NCBI GenBank assembly: GCA_013265495.1
Contig: MU057801.1
Coordinates: 1,233,879 to 1,297,878, forward strand
Origin: Vicugna vicugna
Lineage: Eukaryota
DNA: 64,000 nt
Direction of reading: 5' to 3'
The translations under genes were made by a program, and so were the position numbers. A model generated the notes under the pieces. That model saw only the letters and a list, made by a program, of their open reading frames with translations, was not told the origin of the DNA and did no database searches. Positions 12,831-25,430 of this stretch are shown here, piece after piece; the first letter of the stretch is position 1; every line of letters begins with the position of its first letter.

Positions 12831-15709
12831 GGAGGGAAGCTGTGGCTCGAGGAGCTGTGGGCGAAGGCTTGGTGCCTGTGGCCTCAGAGCGTGAGGAACG
12901 GATACGCTGTTCAAGACCAGAGGGCGAAAGCCGCTGTCGCTTGTCCCCTGGCTGGCACCTGTCTGAAGTGCAGTTCCCTGCCTCAAGAGTTTTTCGTCCC
13001 TCTCAGGCGGAGCTCCTGCTAGAGCCGCACAAACGGAGGAGGATGGGCTTGTTTTACATTCCACTTCATTACTTCTCAGCCAGGAAGTACTCCTGCTTTA
13101 CGAACACTTAAGGGCCACATATATTGCTCAGAGCCACATGAAGAGATTTGCTTAGAGGCAGCCTTGAAGCTCGTCTTTGATCCTTTTTATTTTTTCTTTT
13201 TTGGATTGAAAGCAAGAGATATTTAAATGTGTGACAGAGTTTTTTTTTTTAAGTCTTAGCAAATTTTGCTTAGGTTTTAAACAAAAAAACTATAGTTTTT
13301 GCTTGTGCCAAGCTTACGTGAAAGAGAAAATTATCCCGAAGGTGAGAAATAGTAAAAGCAAAACAGGGCGGGAAGCCCCAGGCATATGGGACTTGACGGG
13401 GGGACTTTGGCCGCCGTCTAGGCACTTACCGGTGTGTGGTCAGACTACCGAGAAGCGTCCCCCTCCAAACAAGAACGATTTGTACTTGGCGAGCTGTACT
13501 TTCCGGTTCCACTTAGAAGCTCTGTTGTGCTCAGCCTAACACGTGGCACATTGGGACCTGACGAACATGTACTCTGGATGGTGAGGGCTTGCCCTCCACT
13601 GACACGGTTCTGGGAGGAAAGGCACCTGCTCTTTCCCTGCCTTCATTTTTTATAAAACACTAGGGTAAACATTTCTGAAGACTTTTCTTAATGTAAATGT
13701 GTTTTAACATTTCTTAGGGATCCTATGCGGATGCTTTTATTGGTACCACGGAGGGAGCATGTGTCCCGTGAGGGTACCGTATGCAGAGGCACTGTGCAAC
13801 CAGAATCGTGGCATTAAGTCTTCGTGGTAAAAAGGGGCACGTTCCCAGGGGACCGCCGTGCCTCCGGGATAGGAACGCGCAGAGCGAGGCAGGGATCTGC
13901 GTGAAAGTCACTGTGTTTCTTTTCTGACTTCTGTTACGTTAGTTAATTTTGTATATGTAAGACATGAAAATGAAATGCTTCTGGGAACATTTTAACCGAT
14001 TTTCACTAACCTGGCTTTTGTACACCACCTGAGTAGTTACGGCCTACAAATTCAGCCAAGCAGTGATCAGAAAAAGTGGCCCAAGTGCTGGGTTTCCTTT
14101 CACTAGATTGCTTTCCCGGAGCTCAGGGACAGTCACGATGCATCGCAGTAAGTGTGTCCTGAGTTTTCCCATAGAAGGAAACCGCACAGGCGAGATGATT
14201 CTGTCTTGTAAGAGTTTCTGGTTTTTCTCTCTTCTAATTGTGCCTTCTGACAGTGTACGTCTGCATAGTGGATCAGAAGTTACTCGGCCTGGGCTGGGGC
14301 CCTGGCCCCGCTTCCTGGCGGTGAGGTGGCTTCCGTCCAGGCTTCGAGCATGCGGTGACCATGGCTGTGAGGCCTCCTCAGCGTTGCTCTCGGCTTGAGC
14401 GCCACCCGTCTGGTTGTTAAGAGAGAAGCGGGGCCTCATCCAGGTCGGCCAGGGATGCTGCCTTCTCCCAGCTCAGAATGCAAGACGGTGGTGAAGGCTT
14501 CCCGCTCGCCCTGGCCGGGGACCTGGAGGCCGTGGCTGCGGGTGGCGGCTCTTGGCGGCAGCTCCCCAGGGGTGGTTTGCCCACAGAGGGGCCTTCGTGC
14601 AGGCCGGCACCGCGGCCAAGGCGAGGCGGAGAAAGCCCAGAGCAGAGGAGCCCAGTGCTCCCGGCTGCGCGCGCTGTCGGCGCCGTGGACCTTACTCATC
14701 CAGTCTCCTTCGCGGGGGTTTAGAGCACGGTGCTGCTTTCCTTCCCTTTTTCTATTCTTCAAGGAAACCCAGATAGCAGTTTTGGGTTCCTAACCAGAGA
14801 TAAGCTTTCATTTCTTCTTTCCTTTAAGAAAGTAATTTCGAAAAGCATGTTTCTAGTTTGTGTTTCCATTAAATGTGAGCCTGAATACATTATGGTTAGC
14901 CTGTTGTCCCTGGGTCTCGGGAGTCTGGAGGAGGTTCCTGTCCTTACACGGAGACCTCATTAGACAACTCCTGGAACAGCTGTTTTAATTAGGTCACACT
15001 CAGACCCTGCTGGAGGGTGGCTGAGGTGACTGGGACTGGGGACCAGAATGGCGGTTGTTTGACATCAGCCTGCTGACCCATCACACCGTTTACACAGAGG
15101 GCCAGCAGCCTCTTCCTTGCAGTTGGATGTTGCCAGCTTAGCTCTGTGTTAGGGGAAGAGGTTTGACTGTCAGAAAACAATAGGAAAGTGTGCAGTCCCT
15201 TTATGAACATGTCTCCTGGCCTGTGCTGGAGAGAGAGCTGTCTGCTTCCTGTTAACAGAGCCAGGCAAGTCAGGGCTCTCATAAAGTGGGCATGTTTGGG
15301 GCAAATGTTAGGATTTCTATTAAAGTTACTCTTCATTCAGTTTGTATTTATGAATAAAACTGAAATCCCTTTTGTACGGCATTCAAAATATAAATGTAAA
15401 AAAAAATGTACCTTTACACACACACACACACACAGCAAGGGGGAGAGAAATGTGTAAGTTTAATGACCGTGGCTTCTGAAACTGTTCATTCAGCAAAGGG
15501 AAAGTAATGTAACGATCAAATGTGCTGACTCTGTTGGTTCCGTGTCTTTTGACATTTCCAATTTATGTAGTTATGCTAGTTATTTAGTTTATAGTCTGTC
15601 TCCATTTTTTTCAAGAATTTTTCATTATAAGATATGTGGGTAGCTGAATAGTGATTACTTGTCAAAAAAAAAAAGTATCCTGTTTAACCCTTTCCTGTTT
15701 GCCTTCCAG

Positions 15710-15773
15710 ATATGAGGCCCCCGGATTCCTGGCGGGGTCCTCCTCCACTTTTCCAGCAGCAAAGATTTGACAG
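15710..15773 (+). CDS. XRN2: XRN2 coding exon ((N)MRPPDSWRGPPPLFQQQRFD(R))
   Basis: Polypyrimidine tract with ttccag| acceptor and AG|gtaat donor; 64 nt, phase 1-2. Confidence 0.96.
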
Positions 15774-18700
15774 GTAATATTGAAGCAAACACGACTTTCA
15801 AATGCTTTTTCACACCAGCCTTTGAGCTTTGGGCATTCTCGGTGGTTTGAAGCACACCTTCTTCTCCCTCTGGATAGAGTCTCGTGTGCGCGTCCTTAGG
15901 GAAATAGCTGGTTTGCACGTTGGAGTAGGACTCGTGTGCATACGCTTCCCTACTTTTCTTGGTTCTTGGCCTTTATTTTATTGAAGCTTTTGAGGTGCCC
16001 TGAAAAATGCAACACAGAGAGCTTAAAATTGTATTAGGTTTTGGTCAGGCTAAACAAATTTCTTTTTAGAAGTTCTGTGCAGCTTAATGAGGCATAACTA
16101 ATGGTGTTCCACTTCTATCATCTCTGCGCCGGCGACACAGCGTCAGTACAGACCAGCCATTGATTCTCGCTGCAGACCTCTTGAAGTCCTAATCAGCTTC
16201 TTTGGTGCAGCTTTTTCAGGGCCGACAGGCCTATTGTGGTGCAGTGTCACTGCAGGGCAGTAGTTATTAGTTGCCACTGAAAACAGTTTCTTTAACTACT
16301 TAAGGCTGAACTGAATTAAACGCAGAAGGGTCTCAGGAGAGGATTATGGGATCTGCAGTCTAATAAGGCCGGCGGACTGGAAGGAATGTGACATGGTTTA
16401 ATAAGGAGGGATGTTTGACATGTGTTCTTCCATTGATAAGTTGTGTACTCCGGAGTCAGGTGGTTTCTGCGCGACCTGACAGCTAGGCGTGCCATGAATA
16501 ATTATATTAACATCTGAAGAATAATTTTTTAAGGGCAGCTTTAAAGTCCATCGTTTCACGCTGGTTTTGCCAGCATCAGTAAATGCTGAAATGAATTTAA
16601 GCCCCGTCATAGTAAGGCTTCTCTCTCAGCCCTCCAGTTCTGTTCTGTTCTGTTCTCTCCTTGCATTTTAGTGGTCTGATCTGTTCACATCTGAAAATGA
16701 GTCAAGTGTTGTTCTTTGAACAGGGTTACAGCCTGTTTGCCCTTGAAGAAAATTTTTCTTTAGCGACTCCAAAACTTGATTTCATTATTTTTTCCAAGAA
16801 GATAAAAGAAATTGTTATTTGGTTGTTTATTAATAGTACCAGCTATTTGGTGCAAGCTGCATTTTGATTTAAAAACTGATACCGCCTGTATTTACGTTTT
16901 GTGTTCGGCATGAATGCTTAAAGTGCACAGTATATACTATTTCAGCATCTTCAGAGTAGCACCATTTTCAAACAAATTAAATCCATAAGGGGTAAATTTT
17001 TCCTCAATTACATATTATCACATTCAAACTGATCTCACTTTAAATAACTTTCTGCATTACGTTTGTCGTTTGATTTTAAAATTTGGTTTCCCCACTTTGT
17101 TGCTTGCTTTTTCCCCCATATTATTTTTAATCACTGATACTTACCATCTGCTTCTGAAGTGCCAGCCCTGGGCTAACATGCTTTTAGAAACGCGAGTTCC
17201 CTGACTTCCCTCGCAGCCCTGTGAAGTCGATGTTGGTGTTTCTACAGATGGGGAGACTGAGGCCCACAAAAGTGCGGCAGTTAATCTGAGGTCTTTCTTC
17301 CATAGCATTCTTTACCAAGGAACTGTTCCCTGGAACAAAACTCCTTGGGACAACTGACTCCAGAGTCATATTATGTAAAACCTCTGGACTTGTCAGGAGG
17401 CGGAGGAGCCCCTCCCCGCCCCCCGGCCCCAGGCACCTTCCTCAGTCCCAGAGCTCGCCTTCCTTCTACACAGAGCAGATTTCCTTACGGTCACCACTGT
17501 GTGTCCTGACACCCTTTGTCTTTGTCCTGACCCACGTACTGTCTTCCTGACCAACTCTGAGCCCAACAGATTAGGGACAAGTTTGGGGGACATTTTTGAT
17601 TTAATTTTACTCGGAAACTGAAATCACACCATAATGCAAAAGTTAAATGTGAGCAAAACAGAATCTTACGTCTTACATTGTGGTCATTTAAGAAATACAC
17701 CGTTTATTCGTAAAGAAAACAGCACTTGAGCGCAGCCTCCACCTCCTGCACCGCCGGCCGCTCAGCGCGCGCAGGAAGCCCCTCGCGAAGCCCCGCCGCG
17801 CGGGCAGCGCCCTCACCGCTGGCCTCACGAGGCGCAGAGTCACTTTGACTTGGCTGAGGTGTCACAGCTGGTGGACAGAATTCTTACTAGGACCGGGTTT
17901 ACTGACTGTTATTATTAGTTCAGTGCTTTTCCACTGCACTCTTCTGAGCTTTTGGTTGAGAACCCTGTTGGAGAAGAAAACTTTGTACCTTTTTTAAAAA
18001 AAACTACATTGTTTCTTGAGTTATTTCCTACTTTGAGATAAAATTTATAATTCATAAATTCATTTCACTTCACAATACACGGGGAACACCCTGGCCTCGC
18101 CCCCCCACCTCCCCACAGCGACACCCGGCAACCGCGGTGTGGGTGCTGGGCGGGGCCGCACCTGCCCCCGCCTCTGTCTCCTTCTTGCCAGTGGAGGAGG
18201 CTCTTTTCCGGCCAGATCCAAGGTGGCTGTTCCATTTTCATTGTACAGGTGCTAAGCTCAGTTAGTCACAGAAGAGTTTTAAAAGCTGATTTGCCGTACT
18301 TGCAAATTAGAAATGCCCCAGAGGGTAGCGCGTAGCCGTGGCGCATGGCCAGCTGCTTTCCAAAACAGTGGCTTAGAAATTTAAGATTATTGTTGCCGTT
18401 CCTCATTCCAAACGCCTCATGTAAGTTGCCCCCGTCCACTTAAAACGTGTCATTCTCAGTGCTTCCATCCCAGATTTAAAGTGTATTTTCCAGGGCAAAT
18501 TTCAGCTTGTAAGTATTTGCAAACAAAAAGGAGAACTTTGTGCTTTTAAACTGTGGCTTTTTTCCTAACATTTTTAGAACAAAATCACTTAAAATTGCAT
18601 TTATAATGTGTTTTATCCAAACCAGCAGATCTTCCTGAAACTCAAGTGAGTCTTATCGTTGTAAAACCAAAAAGAAGAATAGATCACATTTAATCCAGTG

Positions 18701-20306
18701 TGTGGGCTGCACTGCTGTCTGGCAGTGGCTCTTGCCTTAATGGCCCGGTTTCAATGCACCTCCTTGGTCACAGCGTAAACCTTGAGCCTGCAGTCCTGCA
18801 GAGGCCAGGCAGACCACGCCGCTCTCTCTGTGTGGAGCTGCTCTTGCTAAACAGATGAGGCAGTCTTGCTAAAATACCTTTGTATCAGGGAATGCAAAAG
18901 CTAACTGGCAGCCCTGAACATATGCGTATTCTTTCTGAGACACAGATTTTTCATTTCATTTTATTTCACTTGTATTTATTATAAAGCAAATTATATTATT
19001 AGGACTGTGGTTTCACCACTAACCATGAAGAACAGCACTGGCCTTTCTAGAGTCCTTTGGAGAGCTGTTCTGGGCTCATCACACAAAGTAATGATCTTTG
19101 GTGTTTAAAGAAAAAGGGCAAGCGCCACAGGAAGGGAGGAGGGGAGAGGGTGGAGAGGGTGGACTCGGGCTTGAATGGCTGTGAGGAGAGCGCACTGCCC
19201 GGTGAGCCCAGCTTCGCCACCCCCCCCCCGCCCCGAGACCTGGGAAGGGAGATGCATGTGCTAACGTGGTTGTAGCTGCTCCCAGCTGGTCAGAGCTTCA
19301 GCCCATTTAAAGTTTTATTGTAGCTCCTCCCAGTGTCAGTAATGGCCCCAAAGCTTCTAATGTTAAAACGTACTGGAGGATCCTGCTTCTGCTTATTCTG
19401 TGCAGTGACTGTTCTATAAGGTGGAAGTTGAGGAAAATGCGCCAAGGATGTCTTGCGTGGTGATTGCCTTTAGAGGGTAGATCTTTGCTGGATTATTTAC
19501 ATGATAGTTTTAAATTGTTATGATTTGATAACATCATACCTGTTGCTTTGTATCTGCAAAGTTAAAATAGGCACTTGAAGACAATTAAAACATTTCTTTT
19601 GACTAGTAACCTGGGCCGGCACACTGGGTTACAACGGCTGTTGAATGTGTTCCCGTGTAAGCTGCACACCCAGTGCCAGTCAGCCCAGGCCAATTAGTGC
19701 TCATGTTGCTAGGTCACCGTGGTCAATTGAAAGCTGCATCAATAGAACTTGAAAAGGTTTCCTCCCGATCAGACCTTCTGACATATTGAGCAGAATAATG
19801 GATGGGAAAAAACAGCCAAGGTCCCTACCCTGGATTCAAAATACTCAGCAGTAAGAATTCATTTGCAACCTGCAATTAACTAGAAAGAATAGACTCCAAG
19901 AACGAGCCTGGACTTTTTCAGAAATAAAGCCTCATTCTCCTGTCTTGTACATGTTTACTCTTCGGATAGCATCTCACAGGTTGCCAGCTTGGTGATCTTG
20001 GGTCCGAATCTTTAAGTGACTGAAAAAGGAAATTTTACAGTTGAAGGCAAACAAAATATTTTTTTTAGTCAGACCTTTCTGATTCAAGTGGGTTTAAACA
20101 CCCTTTTAAATAGTCTGATACTTCGTGAAACACCTTAAACCACAGTAGGTACGAGGGACACAAAGCCCACTCTGGTGCCGCGCATCACACACAACGGCTG
20201 CAGGCGGGCGGGGTCGGCTAGAGTTTGGGGAGGATACCCGCCAGTTTTTAGGCTTTGACTGTGTGATGCACGTGGCTTTTAATGCAGACGTTATGCTTTT
20301 CCACAG

Positions 20307-20445
20307 AGGTGTTGGGGCTGAACCTCTGCTGCCGTGGAACCGTATGCTCCAGACCCAAAACGCAGCCTTCCAGCCAAGCCAGTACCAGATGCTCGCGGGG
20401 CCGGGCGGGTACCCACCCCGACGCGACGATCGCGGGGGGAGACAG
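20307..20445 (+). CDS. XRN2: XRN2 penultimate coding exon (GVGAEPLLPWNRMLQTQNAAFQPSQYQMLAGPGGYPPRRDDRGGRQ)
   Basis: ccacag| acceptor and CAG|gtgacg donor; 139 nt, phase 2-0. Confidence 0.97.
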
Positions 20446-22662
20446 GTGACGCAGCGCGGGTGTGGGTGGAAGCTTGCTGCTCCCTTTGCCATGCCTCTTG
20501 GGACTCCTTTTTTTTAAATATTTCAATTAAAACAGCTCGATAAGGTGTTGGTAGAATAGCTCGGCGGAACTTGGATCCCTCGTTAAAAATGTATATACGT
20601 GGTGAGTATCTGCCCCCTAAATACGTTCTACCTTGAGGATGCTGAAGAATTTTCAGACCAGAAGCCCCTTTACTCACAACAGTCTGACACTTAGTGTGCT
20701 AAACACGGGCCTCACCAAAACGCATTGCTTATCCTTTAAGGAAGTCGCTTTTTGTTTTAATAGAAACTAGATCTCCCAAAATAAATGGTAATTTTCTAGA
20801 AGCTGAAAGTAACATCACACCTTTCAGCTCCTTATTCCTCCTAGAAGTTTTCTGTCTTCATTCGTTTGCTCTCTCTCTTCATGGACAGAAATCTCCTGCA
20901 TGATTTTCCATACACGTTTTGCTGTTTTCACTAGACTTAAACAGCTGTGTCTACTTGAGTGAGCACGGCAGCTCCTGGGCAGAGGCAGCCCACGCGAGCT
21001 CATTTCCTTCTCTTTCTAGCATCCAGTTTTAGCAGCGTTTAAGCCTAAGGACTGTTTGCCTGGCCATTTGCAGCCTGGCCAGTATTCACATGCTCTCTCA
21101 TCAGATCCTTGCCAGAGGGCGGGGCCCGAGCGCTGGGGCGCAGGGCGCGTGGTGTCGGCGGGCCAGCACCTGCGGCCACCTGCCCTGCTCTTCGAGCTGC
21201 TCGCCTGGCGCCGCCTGTGGGGCCACGGGCATTCGTTATTCTTCCGGCCCAGGGTCTTGCCGTGTGTACCTTTGCTCTGACAGCTAAGAAAAGTCTTTTT
21301 TTTTTCACACATTTTTGGTGTGTTCATAGAAGTCTCAGTTCACTTTACAAGAAAGTAATCATCTTGTCTTTCGAGAAAATTTTATTCTAGTTCTTTAGAA
21401 TCATTTCATAGACTATTACTATGAATACTGATGGCCCAGAATCACTAACACTGGTGTCAGCAGAGCCAGTAGGCCGAGACCGTTTATGGTACAGGTGGCA
21501 CTCAGCGACCTAGAAAATGCACACTGCTGAAAGGGAGGCGTGCCACAGCTGCAGGAAGCCCTGGAGAGCGGGCCGTGCTGTCAGCTTGGCTTCCAAGTCA
21601 GGAGTTAAAACTTAAACCTCTTGCTGTTTGGCGGCAGAGCTGGGACGTCTGTGACCCCTGCCCCCGCTTCATCGCCTCTCCTGCCTCCTTTAGGGGAGAC
21701 CTTCCCTTTAAAGGGGCTCTGCTGCTACAGGAGGTAAAATTCTTCTTCACTGAGAAGACATAAACCAGTTGGTACATTTATAATTCTTTTAAGACTTTTT
21801 GGAAGTACATGTTTCTGCTGAGATTTTTTTAATTAAATCACAATTTTGAAGCACTATTAAATTATAAAAGTTCATTGTTAAAAATGAAATTATGATTTCA
21901 CTGCATTTTTAGTGGAGTTATATGGCTAAAGAAAGCCTTAGCCTACATACTGTGGCCTTGAGGGTCTGCACATCCTCATCCTGTACTGTGAACCAGTGAA
22001 GTGCCCTGGGTGACCGCAGGGGGACGGGTCCATGTCAGAATCCCAGAGGCCTGAGGGGCATGGTGACGGGGGAGGCGGCACGTCTTGTCTGTAGGCTGTA
22101 CAGAAATGGGATTTGCAAGCATATGAGGAAATATGTTGCCAGTAATTGATGATGTAATGAGCTGACGTGGTACGCTCTATTATTTATAGCTTAACAAACA
22201 AAAAAATGCCTGTAATTAATAGCTCATTAGGCCTCAGCTGCAGCAGCCAGGCCCCTGCCTTGGTTAAGCACGAGGACTTTCTGGAGGTGGTGCGGGCGCC
22301 TCACACCGCAGTGTGGCTTGAATTGCTGTGGGGGGTAGGGAGGAGGGAGGGCCTGCACAGGACACTTGACTGTCCTTCATTTGTGTGCATTTTAAGGAAT
22401 TTCTTAAGCACTTGTTGAGGCTTGTTTGGTTAGTAGTCAGTGATGGCATTTATGCTAATGTCCACCTTTGCAGCCAGCTTCCTGTGAAGCTGCAGACCAA
22501 AGCACCTGTTTGTGGAAGCCCCCACGTGCCGTACCTTTAAGACACAGCCACCTTTTTGATGGTGTGTCTTTCCATGGAGAAGTGAGATTGATTTCTTTGC
22601 AGGGGTGTTAATCCAGAAACTAAACTCTTCATTTATTTTGCTTTTCTTTTTTTTTCCCCCAG

Positions 22663-22728
22663 GGATATCCCAGAGAAGGAAGGAAATACCCTTTGCCACC
22701 GCCCTCGGGAAGATACAGTTGGAATTAG
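22663..22728 (+). CDS. XRN2: XRN2 terminal coding exon (GYPREGRKYPLPPPSGRYSWN*)
   Basis: Long T/C tract with ccag| acceptor, phase 0, TAG stop at 22726-22728; matches the XRN2 C-terminus. Confidence 0.97.
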   Translation, partial: GYPREGRKYPLPPPSGRYSWN

Positions 22729-22816
22729 GGTTTTGTAAAGCTTTCCCAAATCCTTTCATCAGTTCTACAATTTTATGCTATTTGTGGAAAGATTTCTTTC
22801 TCAAGTAGTAGTTTTT

Positions 22817-22822
22817 AATAAA
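22817..22822 (+). terminator. XRN2: Candidate proximal XRN2 polyadenylation signal AATAAA
   Basis: Canonical hexamer about 90 nt after the stop, followed by T/GT-rich sequence. Confidence 0.5.
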
Positions 22823-23186
22823 ACTACAGTACTTTGTGTATTTCTTTTAACTGTGTATATTTCTACTGATCCGATCTCACTGTTTTATGTTGCTTTCCAA
22901 AGGTGTGTGTTGCATAATGCAGTGGATCTGAATTTATTATTGCTTGTAAAACACATTTGGTGGAACAGGAATACTGGTTTTTCATTATGGCTAAAAATCA
23001 AACCAGCTGTGGATTTCAGAACACAGTGTATTCTAGATCATCTAAGAGCCATGCTGATTTTTAATGCACAGGAATTAGGTATGAACTCTTGAGCTGGAAC
23101 CCTCAGCCAACTAGAGTGTATATTGTTCAGTATTTCTTTGGGAACATTTCATTAACGTACTTGTCATATGGAAATTTCTGGACTTT

Positions 23187-23247
23187 AGTAAAAAAAAAGA
23201 CAAAACAAAAAACAAAACATTCCAGTCTCTTTTGTTGTTGTTGTTTT
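23187..23247 (+). terminator. XRN2: Candidate distal XRN2 polyadenylation site (AGTAAA variant plus GT-rich downstream element)
   Basis: AGTAAA at 23187-23192 and tttgttgttgttgtttt at 23231-23247. Confidence 0.45.
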
Positions 23248-23544
23248 ACAGTATTTCAACTTTGAAAATCTTGGCCAAGCATATGGTTTCTTTAAATGGA
23301 TATTTCAGAAAACAGTTCATTTCTACAATTAGATGTCAAGAGAAAGCAGTGCAGAAGTAGCCTTTGAGAGGCCGTGGGCAGCAGGGCGGCCCAGCCAGCC
23401 TGTGTGTTAGCGTGTGTGTCCGCGGCTGCTCTGGCCAGCCGTGCGGTCTCTGTGAGAGCAAATCGTTCACGTTTCGTAGATTCCATGTGGACTTGTGCTG
23501 CAGTTTAAAGGACTTGGTTTAAATCTTTAAGAGAAGTTGGAAAG

Positions 23545-23780
23545 TTCGGGGATTGGGTGAGTGAATTGCTGGGAGAGACTGAGGTGCAGACTTCCCAGGT
23601 ACGACGTGGACGAGCTGCGGGGTGAGATGTACACCGTGGGGAATGCACTCATCATAATGCGGCGCCTTTGTACCGTGACGCCGGAACCTGCGTGCTGATC
23701 ACTGCGCGGCGCGTAGACGCCTCAAATACCTGCGGACCTGGAGCCAACACAGTGCGTAGGCCAGTTACACTGCAGTTGGG
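23545..23780 (+). mobile_element. LINE-1 3' end relic, strongly GC-shifted
   Basis: Aligns by eye to the L1 3' end at 57430-57705 of this window. Confidence 0.6.
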
Positions 23781-24949
23781 AAAGTGCACAGAACACAGTG
23801 GGAGGGCATGAAAAAAAAGAGAAAACTTGGAAAGTTTAATTCCTAGCTAAATAGTCTATGCTGCTTGGCATATATTTTGCATTATTTCACAAGAGATTTC
23901 AGTTTGTACTCATTTTTTTCCTGCTACTAAGCACACTGTGATTCTTTACATTTGTGCTTGCAGGTCACACACAGCACTTCATATGCATTTTTCATTTGCC
24001 ACAAAAAACTTAGAAGCACGTATAACGACTTGCTGCTGTTTCCATTTTTCCATTCTAGCCTCAGACTGTGAAATAAGGCTTCTCTTTGACTTTCTGACTT
24101 AGGACATTTTTGCTTTAATAGTCAACAAAGGCACACTTGTTACTCTTAAATCTATTTGGAAAAAAAAATCCCACCTTAACCTTGGATAGGAAGGTATTTT
24201 GAAGCTACTGTGTTCATTGCTGCTGATGGGTGAGTAGAGCAGGGTTCTTTATTGTTGCGATAAAGAGTCTCTCCACTGGGAGTTAACACACCCGTTACAT
24301 ACTTCCTTCACGGTACGCTAAAGTGGTGGTAATGTCTCTGTTAAGCTATCTTGCAGATGATAAAAAGGTGTGGCACCTAAACCAGGCGTCGCCTATTGCA
24401 AAGAAGCCCATGTTAACGTCTCGCTGTGTGGAGCCTCACGCGTACCCCTGCCCACACCTCCACGCGACCTCCATTTTCTCGGGTCTTTACTTTTGGTCTG
24501 GTTTAATTTTGTCCTAAGCTATCCTGTGTCTGTAAAACAACCGTTTTTGACTTGGTTTTCCACCATTCCATGTAACAGAAAGCCTGATGGAAAACTGACC
24601 CCCTCTGGCCGGCGGTGAGCCCTCACCTCCGGACCTGCTAACCCTTCACCCTCGCTTCCTTCTCTCTCTCCATCTCGTTCCAACTTGTCCCCACTTTTGA
24701 ATCTTCTAGAAAGATGCCCTGTCACTTCAACAAGTAAACACTTTTTACAACTTTAAATGCACTGTTTAAAGCTATAAATATCACGGCCATATTCGGATGT
24801 AAATGAAATCAACGGGTCAGTTTTATTCAATTAACTATACGCCATCATGTTGTCTTTAAGTGGGGCCAAGTCTTTCGGGGCCTCATCTAAGACTGAAGAA
24901 TCTCCGAACGTGGGAATAGCCCGACCTTATCGTGGCGCTGAGAGCCCCT

Positions 24950-25430
24950 GATGAGCCCTTGTCATCCCCGCAAAGACCAAGTGAGGTTTGGGCACAAGGC
25001 GGTCCGCGCGCTGCCGTCCGGTGGCCGTGCGCGCCTAGGAGGCCGGCGGCTGCGCGACCGACGGGCGGAGGGCGCGGCTCGTCCCGCGCATCCGCCTCCC
25101 CCCGCCACCCCTGGGCGCGGCGCGGCCGCTTCTCCCCCGGCCCCGCGCCGTCTCCGCTTCCCGCGCGGGTGCAAACACCGCACCTGCTGCCGAGGCTGCT
25201 GCTGTTCTACGTTCCAAGTCTGCGCGGAAGCGAATTCAGCTGCGCTTCCAAATCGAGGATGGAGACATCCTCCGAAGTCCGCTGGAGCCCCACCCCCACT
25301 CGCGGGCGGGAGCGGCTGCCCCCAGAGCCACGGGGAGCCGGGCCCGCCAGACCCCTGCTCACCGGGGGAGTCGAACCAGCGAAACGACAAACGGCCCGTT
25401 CTCGATGGATTTCTTGCGCGCTCGCCTGCG
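24950..25430. promoter_or_regulatory. CpG island between the XRN2 and NKX2-4 3' ends
   Basis: Dense CpG and GC boxes; no splice-supported coding sequence. Confidence 0.7.
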
